Shown here in pieces: positions 10,366-20,990 of a stretch of DNA of 64,000 nt. The first letter of the stretch is position 1, and every line of letters starts with the position of its first letter. The notes under the pieces were generated by a model. That model saw only the letters and a program-made list of their open reading frames with translations. It was not told the DNA's origin and searched no databases. Made by a program: the position numbers and the translations under genes. Origin of the DNA: an uncultured Ruminococcus sp. (lineage in GTDB: Bacteria; Bacillota; Clostridia; Oscillospirales; Acutalibacteraceae); the NCBI GenBank assembly GCA_902798365.1, contig CADBWP010000013.1, positions 6,885-70,884 of the forward strand, in the 5' to 3' direction.

Positions 10366-11453
10366 AAACATTTACGGTTACATTTCATCACAGCAACAAT
10401 TACGGCGCTTTGCTCCAGACATACGCCCTGCAGCAGACAATTATCGGATTGGGCATAGAGAATACTGTTTTTGAGTATCCCTACAGCGACCGATATTACG
10501 ACAGGCTCGATCTTCGCCGTCCCAAGTCGGCGGCGGTAACGGCATATTGCAACTGGAACAAGCTTATTCATAAAGAAGCTATCAAAAAACGGGACGAAAG
10601 CTTTCGCACCTTTCACCGCGAAAGGCTGATCCTTTCGCCCGAATTCAAAACAATGGACGAACTGCGCGCCGCAGAAATTGATGCCGACGTTCTTATAACG
10701 GGCAGCGATCAGGTGTGGCGCTTTTCGGGCAACAAAGAGTTTATTCCTGCGCGGTTCCTTGATTTCGGCTCCGCGTCCGCAAGGCGCATAAGCTATGCGG
10801 CGAGCATAGAAAAACTAAACTATACAGACGAACAAAAGGAGCAGGTGCGCAAATGGCTAAAGCCGTTCGGCGCGGTTTTGCTCAGGGAGGAATCCGCGAG
10901 GGAATACATATCCGAAATAACCGGCAAAAAAGCGGTTCGGGTTCTCGATCCCGTTTTTCTGCCGAGCACGCAGGCTTGGTCAAAGATCGCACGGGAGCCG
11001 CGAGTTAAGGAGCCGTATATTCTTTGCTATCAGGTGCAAAGCAGCAGCGAAATGCAAAGAACGGCCGACGAAGTTAAAAAAATGACGGGTTACAAGACTG
11101 TGGCTGTTTTGCCCGGTTCCCTAAAGCATATAAAAACGGATGAAGCGTTTTATGACGTTTCGCCCGAAGAGTTTATAGGCTTGTATCAAAACTCCTCGGC
11201 GGTGGTAAGCGGCTCGTTCCACGGATCTGCCCTTGGGTACCTTTTTAAAAAGCCCACATATGCGGCTGTACGAAAGTCGGGCTCCGGCAGAGTGCTTGAC
11301 CTTGCGCGGCTGCTGGGCGCAGACCGCTTTTGTATAGGAGAGGAAGACACAGTTCCCGCTCCCGGTGAATTTGATGTGAATGCCGTGCAGACCCGCATAA
11401 CGGCAGAAAGGGAAAGGTCGCTCGGCTTTCTTAAAAACGCACTGACGGAATGA
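10362..11453 (+). CDS. Polysaccharide pyruvyl transferase family protein
   Basis: NYGALLQTYALQ, ITGSDQVW, SYAAS, REE, LDPVF, SFHG. Confidence 0.92.
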   Translation: MKTFTVTFHHSNNYGALLQTYALQQTIIGLGIENTVFEYPYSDRYYDRLDLRRPKSAAVTAYCNWNKLIHKEAIKKRDESFRTFHRERLILSPEFKTMDELRAAEIDADVLITGSDQVWRFSGNKEFIPARFLDFGSASARRISYAASIEKLNYTDEQKEQVRKWLKPFGAVLLREESAREYISEITGKKAVRVLDPVFLPSTQAWSKIAREPRVKEPYILCYQVQSSSEMQRTADEVKKMTGYKTVAVLPGSLKHIKTDEAFYDVSPEEFIGLYQNSSAVVSGSFHGSALGYLFKKPTYAAVRKSGSGRVLDLARLLGADRFCIGEEDTVPAPGEFDVNAVQTRITAERERSLGFLKNALTE

Positions 11454-11460
11454 TTAATTT

Positions 11461-12571
11461 ATGAAATATTCTTTTCAAATCGGACGCATAACCATCAAGC
11501 TTCAATCCCTGTTGATGCTTGTTTTTGCGGTTTTTTACATATTAAAAATGCGGCGTGCTTTTTCGGGCAGCAGCGTTCAGGGCGGAATATGGAACTATAT
11601 CCAGCTGTTTTTCGTAGCGCTTGGATTCGCTCTATTTGCCATTTATATCGTAAGATTCATCAACTGCAGCATAGTGATGTCTATTTGCATTTATTCGGCG
11701 CTTTCTCTGATAAACGGAATGATCTATCTGCATATGAATCAGAGCGAGGTATTCCGATATTTGCTTATCCCTTACGCCTTTTGCATTTTGATTATCGCCT
11801 GTGTAGATGGCTTTTACAACGATATTTCTTCAAACTTTATTCTGACGGTCACTTTTTATATTTGCGCGGCAATGTACATTATTCCGATGCTTCGCAACGG
11901 CGGCTACAGCACAAAAACGGGCGCGGTTGCCGACGTCTATTACGTGCTCGGTCTGCTGCCGATGATGCTCATTTGGACAAAGCGGTTCAAGATTATCCCA
12001 ATGTCCGTTTGCGGAATCGCGGTTCTTGTAAGCGGAAAGCGCGCGGGTATATTCGCGTTTGCGCTGATGATAATCGGTTACTATTTGTTGAACATTTTTG
12101 TTTCCGAAAACGTTCTTTATCAGCTGACCGATTTGCTAAAGTTAGCGGTCATTATCCTGCTGTTTATAATCGTCTTTAATTACCTTGACAGTAACTTCAA
12201 CAACAAGCTGTTATCGAGAATGATGCGTGCCATTGAAGAACAGGATACCGCAGGCCGTGCTGAACGGTGGGATCGTATAATTACGGCATTTCGGGAAAAC
12301 AATGCAGTTCAATGGGTGTTTGGCAACGGAAACGGAGCGGTATCCCGTGAATTTGGAGGCAAACGCACCGCAGTTTTTGATGACGATCATCTTTTCGATT
12401 ATAATCGCGTTCTTTTCCTTCTACGTTATCGACTCGACATATATCACATCGGGAATGCTGTGCGTCGGGTATATGATGGTCGATTTCAGAAAAAAGCACA
12501 TGCCACACCATGCCCTTATAAGAGATTTGGACACGACCGGCAACGTTTTGTCCGAGAGGATAACAGCATGA
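11461..12571 (+). pseudogene. Wzy polymerase / O-antigen-ligase-like membrane protein, frame-broken near 12360
   Basis: Multi-TM protein with SGKRAG, GRAERW and WVFGNGNG; the hydrophobic C-terminus continues in another frame (NAPQFLMTIIFSIIIAFFSFY...) ending at TGA 12571, overlapping the next ATG (ATGA). Confidence 0.75.
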
Positions 12572-13695
12572 TAAATACTTCAGATTTAAAAAACTGCTGC
12601 GGCTGCATGGCATGCGTTTCGGCTTGCCCTGTTGACGCGATACGCCCTTCTGTTGATAAAAACGGCTTTTCGGTTCCGTTTGTCGATACCGAAAAATGCA
12701 TTTCCTGCGGAGCCTGCGATAAGATTTGCGCCTTTGACCGCGAAAAGCAGACCGTGCAAAATGTTCTGGGTGCATATGCTTTTCAGTTAGCCGACAAAGA
12801 GGCTTTGAAAAACAGCACCTCGGGAGGAGCGTTTACCGCCTTGTCCGACGCGGTGCTCAGCTCGGGCGGAGTGGTTTGCGGCGCCGTTATGGACGGCTTT
12901 ACCGTAAAACACGTCTTTGCCGAGGATAAAGAAGGCAGAGACGCCATGCGCCTGTCAAAATATGTTCAAAGCGACACAACGGACGTTTTTGAAGAAGTCA
13001 AGCGTCTTTTGTCGGGCGGAAGGCAGGTCATGTTTACGGGAACGCCCTGTCAGACAGCGGAGCTCACCGTTTATTTGGGACGGCAGTATGACAACCTGCT
13101 GCTCTGCGATTTTCTGTGTCACGGCGTACCGAATCAAAGCCTGTTTTCGGCGCATATTGCATATCTTGAAGAAAAATACAAAAAGAAGGCGGCGGGGTAT
13201 TCCTTCCGCGGAAAGCGTTACGGCTGGAATCACGGCATAGAGGAGATTGTCTTTTCCGACGGCAGCTACAAGGACAGCCGCGCCGTGCAAAGCTACAGCC
13301 GCTTTTTCCAGAGCGGAGTATCTCTGCGCGAATCCTGTCGCAACTGCAAATACCGCAGCCGTCACCGCTTTTCCGATATTACGATAGCGGATTTTTGGGG
13401 TATCGAAAAGGTAATGGGCAGGCAGGATGCAGAAGGTTATTCTTTGCTGTTTGTCAATACCGCTCAGGGTCGGTGTTTTGCAGAAACATTATCCGCAGCC
13501 GGAAGCTTAGACGAGCTTCCTCTCGACAAGGTCTTGTACAGGATCTCGGAAAAGCCAGCCTCAAGCAAATCAGACCCCGAGGTTTTTTGGAAAACCTTCC
13601 GCGAACAGCAGTACGGCGGAGTTGTTGAACGTTATGCCAAGTCGTCTTTGCTGGATTCGCTTAAGCACGAAATAAAAAAGAAAAAATCAAAATGA
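12568..13695 (+). CDS. Coenzyme F420 hydrogenase/dehydrogenase beta-subunit-like Fe-S protein
   Basis: GAGGA RBS plus ATG 12568; CCGCMACVSACP and CISCGACDKIC ferredoxin motifs, STSGGAF, SKYVQS, GTPCQ, CHGVP, SDITIADFWG. Confidence 0.9.
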   Translation: MINTSDLKNCCGCMACVSACPVDAIRPSVDKNGFSVPFVDTEKCISCGACDKICAFDREKQTVQNVLGAYAFQLADKEALKNSTSGGAFTALSDAVLSSGGVVCGAVMDGFTVKHVFAEDKEGRDAMRLSKYVQSDTTDVFEEVKRLLSGGRQVMFTGTPCQTAELTVYLGRQYDNLLLCDFLCHGVPNQSLFSAHIAYLEEKYKKKAAGYSFRGKRYGWNHGIEEIVFSDGSYKDSRAVQSYSRFFQSGVSLRESCRNCKYRSRHRFSDITIADFWGIEKVMGRQDAEGYSLLFVNTAQGRCFAETLSAAGSLDELPLDKVLYRISEKPASSKSDPEVFWKTFREQQYGGVVERYAKSSLLDSLKHEIKKKKSK

Positions 13696-13717
13696 TTGTG
13701 AGTGTAATGCACATAAA

Positions 13718-15259
13718 ATGAGATTGTTTACTACCTCAAAAAAAGTTGCGGTTTCGCTGACCTATGTAAGCATTGTTGTTCAGGCGTTAAGCACCATGCT
13801 GCTTACAAGCTTTTATTTGAGAACACTCGGAGCCGAAAAATACGGGCTTTATCAGATGATCAACGCCGTTGCCCAGTATATCATGATACTCGACCTGGGC
13901 ATAAGCACGGTGATGATACGCTATATCACGGAGTTCAACACCAAAAACGATCACAAAAAGGCTGAAAACTTCGCCTTTCATTTCGGGCTGATAGTGCTTG
14001 CCGTGGCGGCGTGCGTAACGGCGATAGGCGTAGTCGTTAACCTGAACCTTGAAAACATCTACGCTAACCTGACTCCGGAGGAATACGAGCTGTCGCACAG
14101 GATGTTTAACGTTATCATCATTCAGCTGGTGTTTACGGTTATCGGGCATTTCTTCCAGGGCATTTCATTTGCCTATGAACAGTACGCGTTTGAAAAAACG
14201 CTGTCCATCTGCCAGATTATCGTCAATACCGTCCTTGTGTTTTCGCTGGTGACGTTTGGCTTCGGGCTTATGGGTATCGTATATTCCAACGTAATTGTCA
14301 TCGCTCTGCACACCCTTATCTCGTTGCTGTACGCTCTGACGGCTATAAAATTCAAGATAAGGTTTCATGGTTGGGAAATGTCGATGCTAAAGCCTGCATT
14401 TTTGCTGATGATGGCAATGCTGCTGCAGGCTATCGTGGGGCACGTCAACAGTTCGGTGGATAAAACCATTCTGGGCATAATGACTACCAAGACAGATGTT
14501 GCAGTATATGCCGTTGCCGCGACCGTCATCACAATGTTCAACACCCTGCCCACGGCTGTTTCGTCGGTGTTTCAGCCCGACGCGGTAAAGCTTGTGGCAA
14601 GGGGAAGCGACGGCGAGGGCCTTACCTCCTTCATCATAAAGCCAGGCAGAATACAGTTTATGCTGATGGGCGGGTTTATAGCGGGCTTCTTTTTGTTCGG
14701 ACAGGACTTTATCATCTGCTGGACAAACAAAAACATGCTCAACGCTTGGGGTTATGTGCTTATTATCCTTATACCCAACGCCGTACCGCTCATGCAAAAC
14801 ACCTGCCTTTCGGTGCTCAATGCACTTGACAAGAGAATGTTCCGCTCGGTCGTGCTTGTTTTGCTTACGGCAGTAAACATCGGGCTTACCGTGGCGCTTA
14901 TCCCTGTGCTGGGACCCGTGGGTGCGCCCGCCGCTACCGGCATATCGTATATTATCGGTCACATTGTAATAATGAACATCTATTATCAGCGAAAGATCAA
15001 GCTGAGCGTTCCCCGAATGTTCAAGGAGATGCTCAGCCGCAGCTGGCTTTGCGTAATTGCAGCCGCTGCGCTCAATCTTCCGCTTATGCTGTGGAGAATT
15101 GACGGCAACTGGCTGGTGCTGGCGGTAAAGGCGCTGGTGTTCTGCGGCATGTATTTTACTCTGCTTGTATTATACGGCTTTAATCAGTCCGAAAAGCAAA
15201 TGCTGCTTTCGGCAATAAATAGAATACGACGCAAAAAAAGAGGAAAAAATGAGCATTAG
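13718..15259 (+). CDS. wzx: Wzx polysaccharide flippase
   Basis: Many TM helices; LG.EKYGLY, ILDLGIS, VDKTILG, VAVYAVA, GPVGAPAAT. Confidence 0.9.
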   Translation: MRLFTTSKKVAVSLTYVSIVVQALSTMLLTSFYLRTLGAEKYGLYQMINAVAQYIMILDLGISTVMIRYITEFNTKNDHKKAENFAFHFGLIVLAVAACVTAIGVVVNLNLENIYANLTPEEYELSHRMFNVIIIQLVFTVIGHFFQGISFAYEQYAFEKTLSICQIIVNTVLVFSLVTFGFGLMGIVYSNVIVIALHTLISLLYALTAIKFKIRFHGWEMSMLKPAFLLMMAMLLQAIVGHVNSSVDKTILGIMTTKTDVAVYAVAATVITMFNTLPTAVSSVFQPDAVKLVARGSDGEGLTSFIIKPGRIQFMLMGGFIAGFFLFGQDFIICWTNKNMLNAWGYVLIILIPNAVPLMQNTCLSVLNALDKRMFRSVVLVLLTAVNIGLTVALIPVLGPVGAPAATGISYIIGHIVIMNIYYQRKIKLSVPRMFKEMLSRSWLCVIAAAALNLPLMLWRIDGNWLVLAVKALVFCGMYFTLLVLYGFNQSEKQMLLSAINRIRRKKRGKNEH

Positions 15260-16136
15260 AAAAAAAACAGATAAGCTCCTCCGCTGTTTAATGACAATTA
15301 TTTCCCCAAAACTGAATACTCGGGTTTTGTATTATTCAAAAAAAAGAAAGCGCTTTAACATGTCAAATCCTCAGACCTTTGAGGAAAAGCTTTTGACCCT
15401 TAAGCTGAACAATTATAATCATAATCCATTGGTAAAACAATGTGCCGATAAATATGCTGTTCGCGGTTTTATTAAAGAAAAAGGCCTTGAAGAATTGCTT
15501 AACGAGCTTTACGGAGTATATGAGAGTCCCGAAGATATTCCATGGGATGAACTGCCGAATCAGTTTGCATTAAAGCTAAACGTCGGTTGCGGATGTAATT
15601 ACATATGTAAGGATAAAAGCAGCGCCGATAAGACTAAAGTTTATGAGCGAGCAAAAAAATGGCTTAAGAATAATTACTGGCTTGGTTATGCAGAAATTCA
15701 GTACAAAAATGTCCCTAAAAAGCTTCTTGTTGAAAAGTACCTTTCCAGTGCAGACGGTACAGTACCTGCCGACTACAAGATATATTGCTTTAACGGCAAT
15801 CCAACTGCAATTCTTTTTATGGACGGCAGATTTACCGGTGAAATGAACGTCGGTTTTTTCGACGTGGATTGGAATTATTTGGGAATAGAACACAATAAAA
15901 AAAAGAAATTCAGAGATTTTGCGGCAGAAAATATGCCCTCCGCACCGTGCGCACTAAAGAAAATGATAAATGCATCGAGGGTGTTATCGAAGGACTTCCC
16001 GTTTGTCAGAGTTGATTTTTTTGAGATAGACGGCAAGGCGGTGTTCAGCGAGTTAACCTTTACGCCCGCCGGCGGTTTTGAGCCATCGCAGGTGAATGTT
16101 AACGGAAAAACCATGGCTGAGCTGTTACAGCTGTAA
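15249..16136 (+). CDS. TupA-like ATP-grasp amide ligase
   Basis: NPQTFEEKL, ADKYAVR, LPNQFALK.N.GCG, DYKIYCFNG, PFVRVDF, FSELTFTP. Confidence 0.9.
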   Translation: MSIRKKTDKLLRCLMTIISPKLNTRVLYYSKKRKRFNMSNPQTFEEKLLTLKLNNYNHNPLVKQCADKYAVRGFIKEKGLEELLNELYGVYESPEDIPWDELPNQFALKLNVGCGCNYICKDKSSADKTKVYERAKKWLKNNYWLGYAEIQYKNVPKKLLVEKYLSSADGTVPADYKIYCFNGNPTAILFMDGRFTGEMNVGFFDVDWNYLGIEHNKKKKFRDFAAENMPSAPCALKKMINASRVLSKDFPFVRVDFFEIDGKAVFSELTFTPAGGFEPSQVNVNGKTMAELLQL

Positions 16137-16174
16137 GCCTGAATAATAAAAAATTTAAGAAAGTAGGTATTTTT

Positions 16175-18930
16175 ATGAAAAAAGCAATGCTATCCGTGCT
16201 ATTAGCGCTTGTTTTGTGTTTAACGGTGTTTGTTTTACCTGCATCCGCCGCCGATAACGGTATCGGTGTTTTGCAGGTTGCCGACACGGCTCAGACGGGC
16301 GAGGGGATGGATCACTTCATCAACTGGTTTAAGTCCTCAAAGGACGGAAAATACTACCTTCTGCTTCCCTCGTCGTATGACAAGAGCAGTCTTACCGTAA
16401 GCTTCTCGGCGTCCGACGCCGTATATTGCGGAGAAACCGAGCTTGTCAGCGGTGAAATCACAGATGTCTTTGCAGGCGGAAGCGCCGTGCTTACCTGCGG
16501 CGGCAATAGTTATCAGGTGGTCGTACTCGACGGCGGCGCTACGGGTTCGGTTTTCATAAACACCGAATCGGGCTCGCTTGATGCGGTTCACGCCGACAAG
16601 GAATACAAGGAGCCCGGCACCGTAAGGGTCATTGACGAAAACGGCGAAAGCATGTACGACGGTGCGCTTGACTACATTAAGGGCAGAGGCAACTCCACCT
16701 GGGGCGCGGCAAAAAAGCCGTACAACATAAAGCTCGGCAAAAAGGCCGATCTGTTCGGCATGGGCAAGGCGAAGAAGTGGTGCCTGCTGGCAAATTCATC
16801 CGACGCCACCCTGCTGCACAACCAAATGTCCTACAGCCTCGCAAAGTCGCTGGGAGTTGAAACGACCTCCGACGTTATTCCCGTGGGACTTTACGTAAAC
16901 GGCAACTATATGGGCGCTTATTCCATCACGGAAAAGGTTGAGATCGGCGAAAACCGCGTCGATATAACCGATTTGGAGAAGCTGACCGAGGCTGTTAATG
17001 AAAAGGAATTGGATCGGTACGCTTTGGGCGGCGATCAGCGCACAACTCAAAAGGGTACATACCAATATGTAAAGATCCCCAATAATCCCGAGGATATTTC
17101 CGGCGGTTATTTGCTGGAGCTTGAAAAGGTGTATCGCTACGTAAACGAGGATTCCGGTTTTATTTCAAACAGAGGTCAGGCAATAGTAATGAAATCTCCC
17201 GAAGCAGCGTCTAAGGCTCAGGTCGAATACATGCGCGCTTATTATCAGGAGTTTGAGGATGCGCTGTATTCTTACACCGGTTACAACTCACTTGGTAAGC
17301 ATTTTTCTGATTATATTGATTTGGATTCAATTGCCGCTATGTATATTACCGAGGAGTTCGGAGAAAACTTTGACGGCTGCAGTTCCAGCTTTTTCCTGTA
17401 CAAGGATGTTGACGGAAAGCTTACGGCAGGTCCGGCTTGGGATTTTGATCTTGCCTTCTCCACAAACAGCCGTTTAAATACTCTTATTAACCGCACAGCG
17501 CCTTTGGGAGATCCTCAAAGCTTGTACATTCAGCATTGCTTCATAGACAATTACGATGAATCGCACAAGGCGTTTCTGGCACAGCTGTTCACGCACGATG
17601 AATTCCAGCAGACTGTTCAGCGTATTTGGAACAACAGCTTTAAGCAGCTCTATCCGGATTATGAAACAGGTATTACCGATGCGTCGAATATAGTATCCTC
17701 GCAGGCGATAATGAACGCCATCCGCTGGAACAGCTACGGAACAACAAACACCGAATCCATTCTCTCATCCTATCAAAGCCGCGTTGCTACGATGCGTTCG
17801 TTTGCCGCGTCGCGTTATGAATATCTGTCACAGGCATATGACGAGGGCACATTCTTTGTAAAATACGACATCGGCGACGAGGGAACTACTCTTGTATTTG
17901 ACACAAATATGTACATGCAGGGAGAACAGGCAACGGTCGTGTGTGACCCCGTTTCGGAAACCGACCAAGAGCATTTCCTCTATTGGACAGCAAATCCCGA
18001 CGGCACAGGCACTCAGTATCGCGCCGGTGATACCCTTACCGTAAGCGGAAACGTGAATTTGTACGCTAAGTGGGAAGATCATATCCTTGCTGCAGATCCC
18101 GACGGCACAGAAACATGTACGGTTTGTGCTAAGACATATCATAATGGCGAATTAATCCCAGACGGCTGGTTTGAAAACAGCTATTTCAAAAACCATCTCC
18201 GCCTTTCCGGTATTCAAAACGTTGAAGCCCCTGACGGAAGCGGAAGCTATTACTATGATTTTGGCGACGACGGCCAGCTCAAAGACAAGTTTACCGGTAT
18301 TTTTAACGGTTACTATTATTCCGAAGGCTTACTTGCAAAGAATGCGGGTATAATAAAGCTTGACGGAAGTTATTACTACATAGGTCAGCGCGGTCAGGTT
18401 TATGCAAACGGTACTCTGACGATAACGCAGGATAAGACCAACGATCTTTTACCTGCGGGAAAATACACCTTTGCCGAGGACGGAAGGATCATACTGAAGC
18501 AAGGTATTATCGACGGCTTCTACTATGTTGACGGAACCATAAAAAAGGGAGCCGGCGTTATCAAGCTTGACGGCAGCTATTATTACATAGGTCAGCGCGG
18601 TCAGGTTTATGCAAATGGTTCACTCTACCTTAAGGCAGAAATGACCAACGGTTATTTTCCTGCCGGAAGATATACCTTTGCGGCAGACGGAAAGATCGTG
18701 CTTAAACAGGGTATAGTTGACGGTTTCTATTACATAGACGGCGTGCTGCAAAAGAACGCGGGCGTAATCAAGCTTGATGGCAGCTATTACTACATTGGCC
18801 AGCGCGGTCAGGTTTATGCCAATGGCTCACTATACCTTAACGCTGATATGACAAACGGATACTTCCCTGCCGGAAAAACTTCCCTGCCGGAAAATACACC
18901 TTTGCGGCAGACGGAAAGATTATAAGATAA
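16175..18930 (+). CDS. Secreted CotH-kinase-family protein with InlB-B-like domain and three 69-aa repeats; C-terminus shifted by a 17-nt duplication
   Basis: Signal peptide (LPASA), IKGRGNSTW, KKPYNIKL, KKWCLLAN, GGYLLE, GPAWDFDLAF; FLYW...NLYAKW; 207-nt repeats. Confidence 0.85.
18861..18894. repeat. 17-nt perfect tandem duplication ACTTCCCTGCCGGAAAA x2
   Basis: Read directly; removing one copy restores GYFPAGKYTFAADGKIIR* (stop at 18930). Confidence 0.9.
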
Positions 18931-18977
18931 CTATACCATTAAGGTGTAGTGAATAAACAAAAAAAGGAAGGCTGAAT

Positions 18978-19793
18978 ATGAAAAGAAGGATAGCATTTTT
19001 TCTGGTTATTGCAATGGCGTTTTGCCTGTCGGCATGCGGCGGTGGAAATGATTCCTCCGGTAGCTCCGATGTAAAGCAGAGCGCTGCAACAAAGGATGAA
19101 GCTGCATCGGGTGAAGCGGATAGTACAGCAGCTCCCGCAGTTCCCGAAATGACTGAATCTGAGGTCGAGACATTTGAAATCGAAACAAAATACGCGGTTT
19201 TAAAATACCCTAAAAAATGGGAAAAAGACGTTAACGTTAAGATTAACGACGGTGATCCCTATACGGTTTCTTTTTCTTCAAACAACGTGCCTCTGTTTTC
19301 GTTAGTTTTCAACGGTACACAAGGAGATTATATTGGAACCCTAAAGCGAGATGACGGTAATGTTACGCTTCGAATAGTTTCTGAACACCTTGACAAAAAT
19401 TCAGACAGATACGAGGATTACGCATCAATGGCAGAGGATGTTAACGAAATCCTCAATCACCTTCATTTTGACTATGGTCTTGAAATCGGCGAGCCTGAGG
19501 AAATAGATGATTCGGTATATGAGATAAAGACCGAATTAGCTACGCTTTACTATCCTCAGCGCTGGAAGGATAAGGTGTCTGTTTCAACAAAAGACAATAA
19601 GGTAACGTTTTCTTCCGGTGAAACACCTCTGTTTACGCTTGTGTTTGGCGGAGAAGAGGGAGTTCCGGTTGGCACTTATGACGGAAAGCAGCTGTGTATT
19701 ATCGATTATCCGGTCGAAAGTGATGAGCTTGCAAATATGCAGGAGGATGTTAACGTTATCTTGCATTATTTGATAGGTGATCAGGGCTTTTAG
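18978..19793 (+). CDS. Lipoprotein of unknown function with an internally duplicated domain
   Basis: Lipobox LSAC; repeats EIETKYAVLKYPKKW...PLFSLVF...EDVNEIL and EIKTELATLYYPQRW...PLFTLVF...EDVNVIL. Confidence 0.8.
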   Translation: MKRRIAFFLVIAMAFCLSACGGGNDSSGSSDVKQSAATKDEAASGEADSTAAPAVPEMTESEVETFEIETKYAVLKYPKKWEKDVNVKINDGDPYTVSFSSNNVPLFSLVFNGTQGDYIGTLKRDDGNVTLRIVSEHLDKNSDRYEDYASMAEDVNEILNHLHFDYGLEIGEPEEIDDSVYEIKTELATLYYPQRWKDKVSVSTKDNKVTFSSGETPLFTLVFGGEEGVPVGTYDGKQLCIIDYPVESDELANMQEDVNVILHYLIGDQGF

Positions 19794-19837
19794 TCCGATG
19801 AACTGACATTTTTGTTACAGAAGGAAGGAACAGAGAA

Positions 19838-20986
19838 ATGGAGATTAATTCTTTGGGCAATATAAAGCGTCGTGTATTATTGAATCCGGGTCCATCTACA
19901 ACAACAGACAGCGTTAAATATGCACAAATTGTTCCGGATATTTGTCCTCGTGAGGTTGAATTCAGCAGCCTGATGAAAGGCTTGCGCGAGGATCTGGTAA
20001 AAATCGTCCACGGCGATCTAAAAAAATATACTGCGGTGTTGTTTTGCGGTTCGGGTACAATTAATATAGACGTGTGTCTCAATTCTCTGCTTCCCAAGGA
20101 TAAAAAGATACTTGTAGTAAACAACGGTGCTTACAGTACTCGTGCGGTTGAAATATGTGAATACTACGGTTTGCCGCACATAGATTTGCAGTTTCCTGTT
20201 GATGAACGCCCCGTCTTGGAAAGGGTGGAGCAAGTACTTAAAAGCAATCCCGATATTGCCATTGTGCATACCACTCATAACGAGACGGGAACCGGTATCT
20301 TAAATCCGATACGTGAAATCGGTGCGCTGGCTCACAGGTACAATGCGGTATTTACAGTAGATACCACAAGTACCTATGCCATGCGCCCGATAGATATAGA
20401 AAAAGATAACATTGATTTCTGCATGGCTTCTGCGCAAAAGGGGCTGACTGCATTTACAGGACTTAGCTTTATAGTGGGAAACACCGAAATAATCAAGGCA
20501 AGCGCCGATTATCCAAAGCGCTCCTATTATTGCAATCTCTATATGCAGTACGAGTTTTTTGAGCGAACCGGCGAAATGCACTTTACTCCCCCTGTGCAGA
20601 CTATTTATGCTACCGTTCAGGCAATCAAGGAGTATTGGGCAGAAGGTGAAGAGGCAAAATGGGCGAGGCACACTCGTGTTTTTAACGCTATTCACGACGG
20701 TCTTGACGAGCTGGGCTTTAAAGATGTTATCAAACGCAGCGAGCAAGCGGGTCTTGTTGTTTCTGCTGTTTATCCCGACGATCCCAACTGGAGCTTTGAA
20801 AAGATTCATGACTATTGTTACGCCCGTGGTTTTACCATTTATCCGGGAAAGATCAGCACGACGAACACCTTCCGCCTTTGTGCGCTTGGTGCGATTGACG
20901 AGGTTGACATAAAAGCTTTTTTTGAGGTGTTTCGGGAAGCGCTTAAAAAAATCGGGGTAGTTGTACCTGTTGTATATAAGGAATGA
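19838..20986 (+). CDS. aepZ: 2-aminoethylphosphonate aminotransferase (AepZ/PhnW family)
   Basis: LLNPGP, NNGAY, HNETGTGILNP, VDTTS, SAQK, FTPP, GFTIYPGK; adjacent to PEP mutase. Confidence 0.9.
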   Translation: MEINSLGNIKRRVLLNPGPSTTTDSVKYAQIVPDICPREVEFSSLMKGLREDLVKIVHGDLKKYTAVLFCGSGTINIDVCLNSLLPKDKKILVVNNGAYSTRAVEICEYYGLPHIDLQFPVDERPVLERVEQVLKSNPDIAIVHTTHNETGTGILNPIREIGALAHRYNAVFTVDTTSTYAMRPIDIEKDNIDFCMASAQKGLTAFTGLSFIVGNTEIIKASADYPKRSYYCNLYMQYEFFERTGEMHFTPPVQTIYATVQAIKEYWAEGEEAKWARHTRVFNAIHDGLDELGFKDVIKRSEQAGLVVSAVYPDDPNWSFEKIHDYCYARGFTIYPGKISTTNTFRLCALGAIDEVDIKAFFEVFREALKKIGVVVPVVYKE

Positions 20987-20990
20987 TAAA

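Noticed and set aside
11461..13695. 744-aa membrane protein-Fe-S oxidoreductase fusion as a novel enzyme
   Set aside because: The linker is out-of-frame sequence; the Fe-S gene has its own RBS and ATG at 12568 overlapping the true Wzy stop
19838..20986. phnW phosphonate catabolism
   Set aside because: Adjacent to PEP mutase and decarboxylase, with no phnX or phnA; the context is biosynthetic
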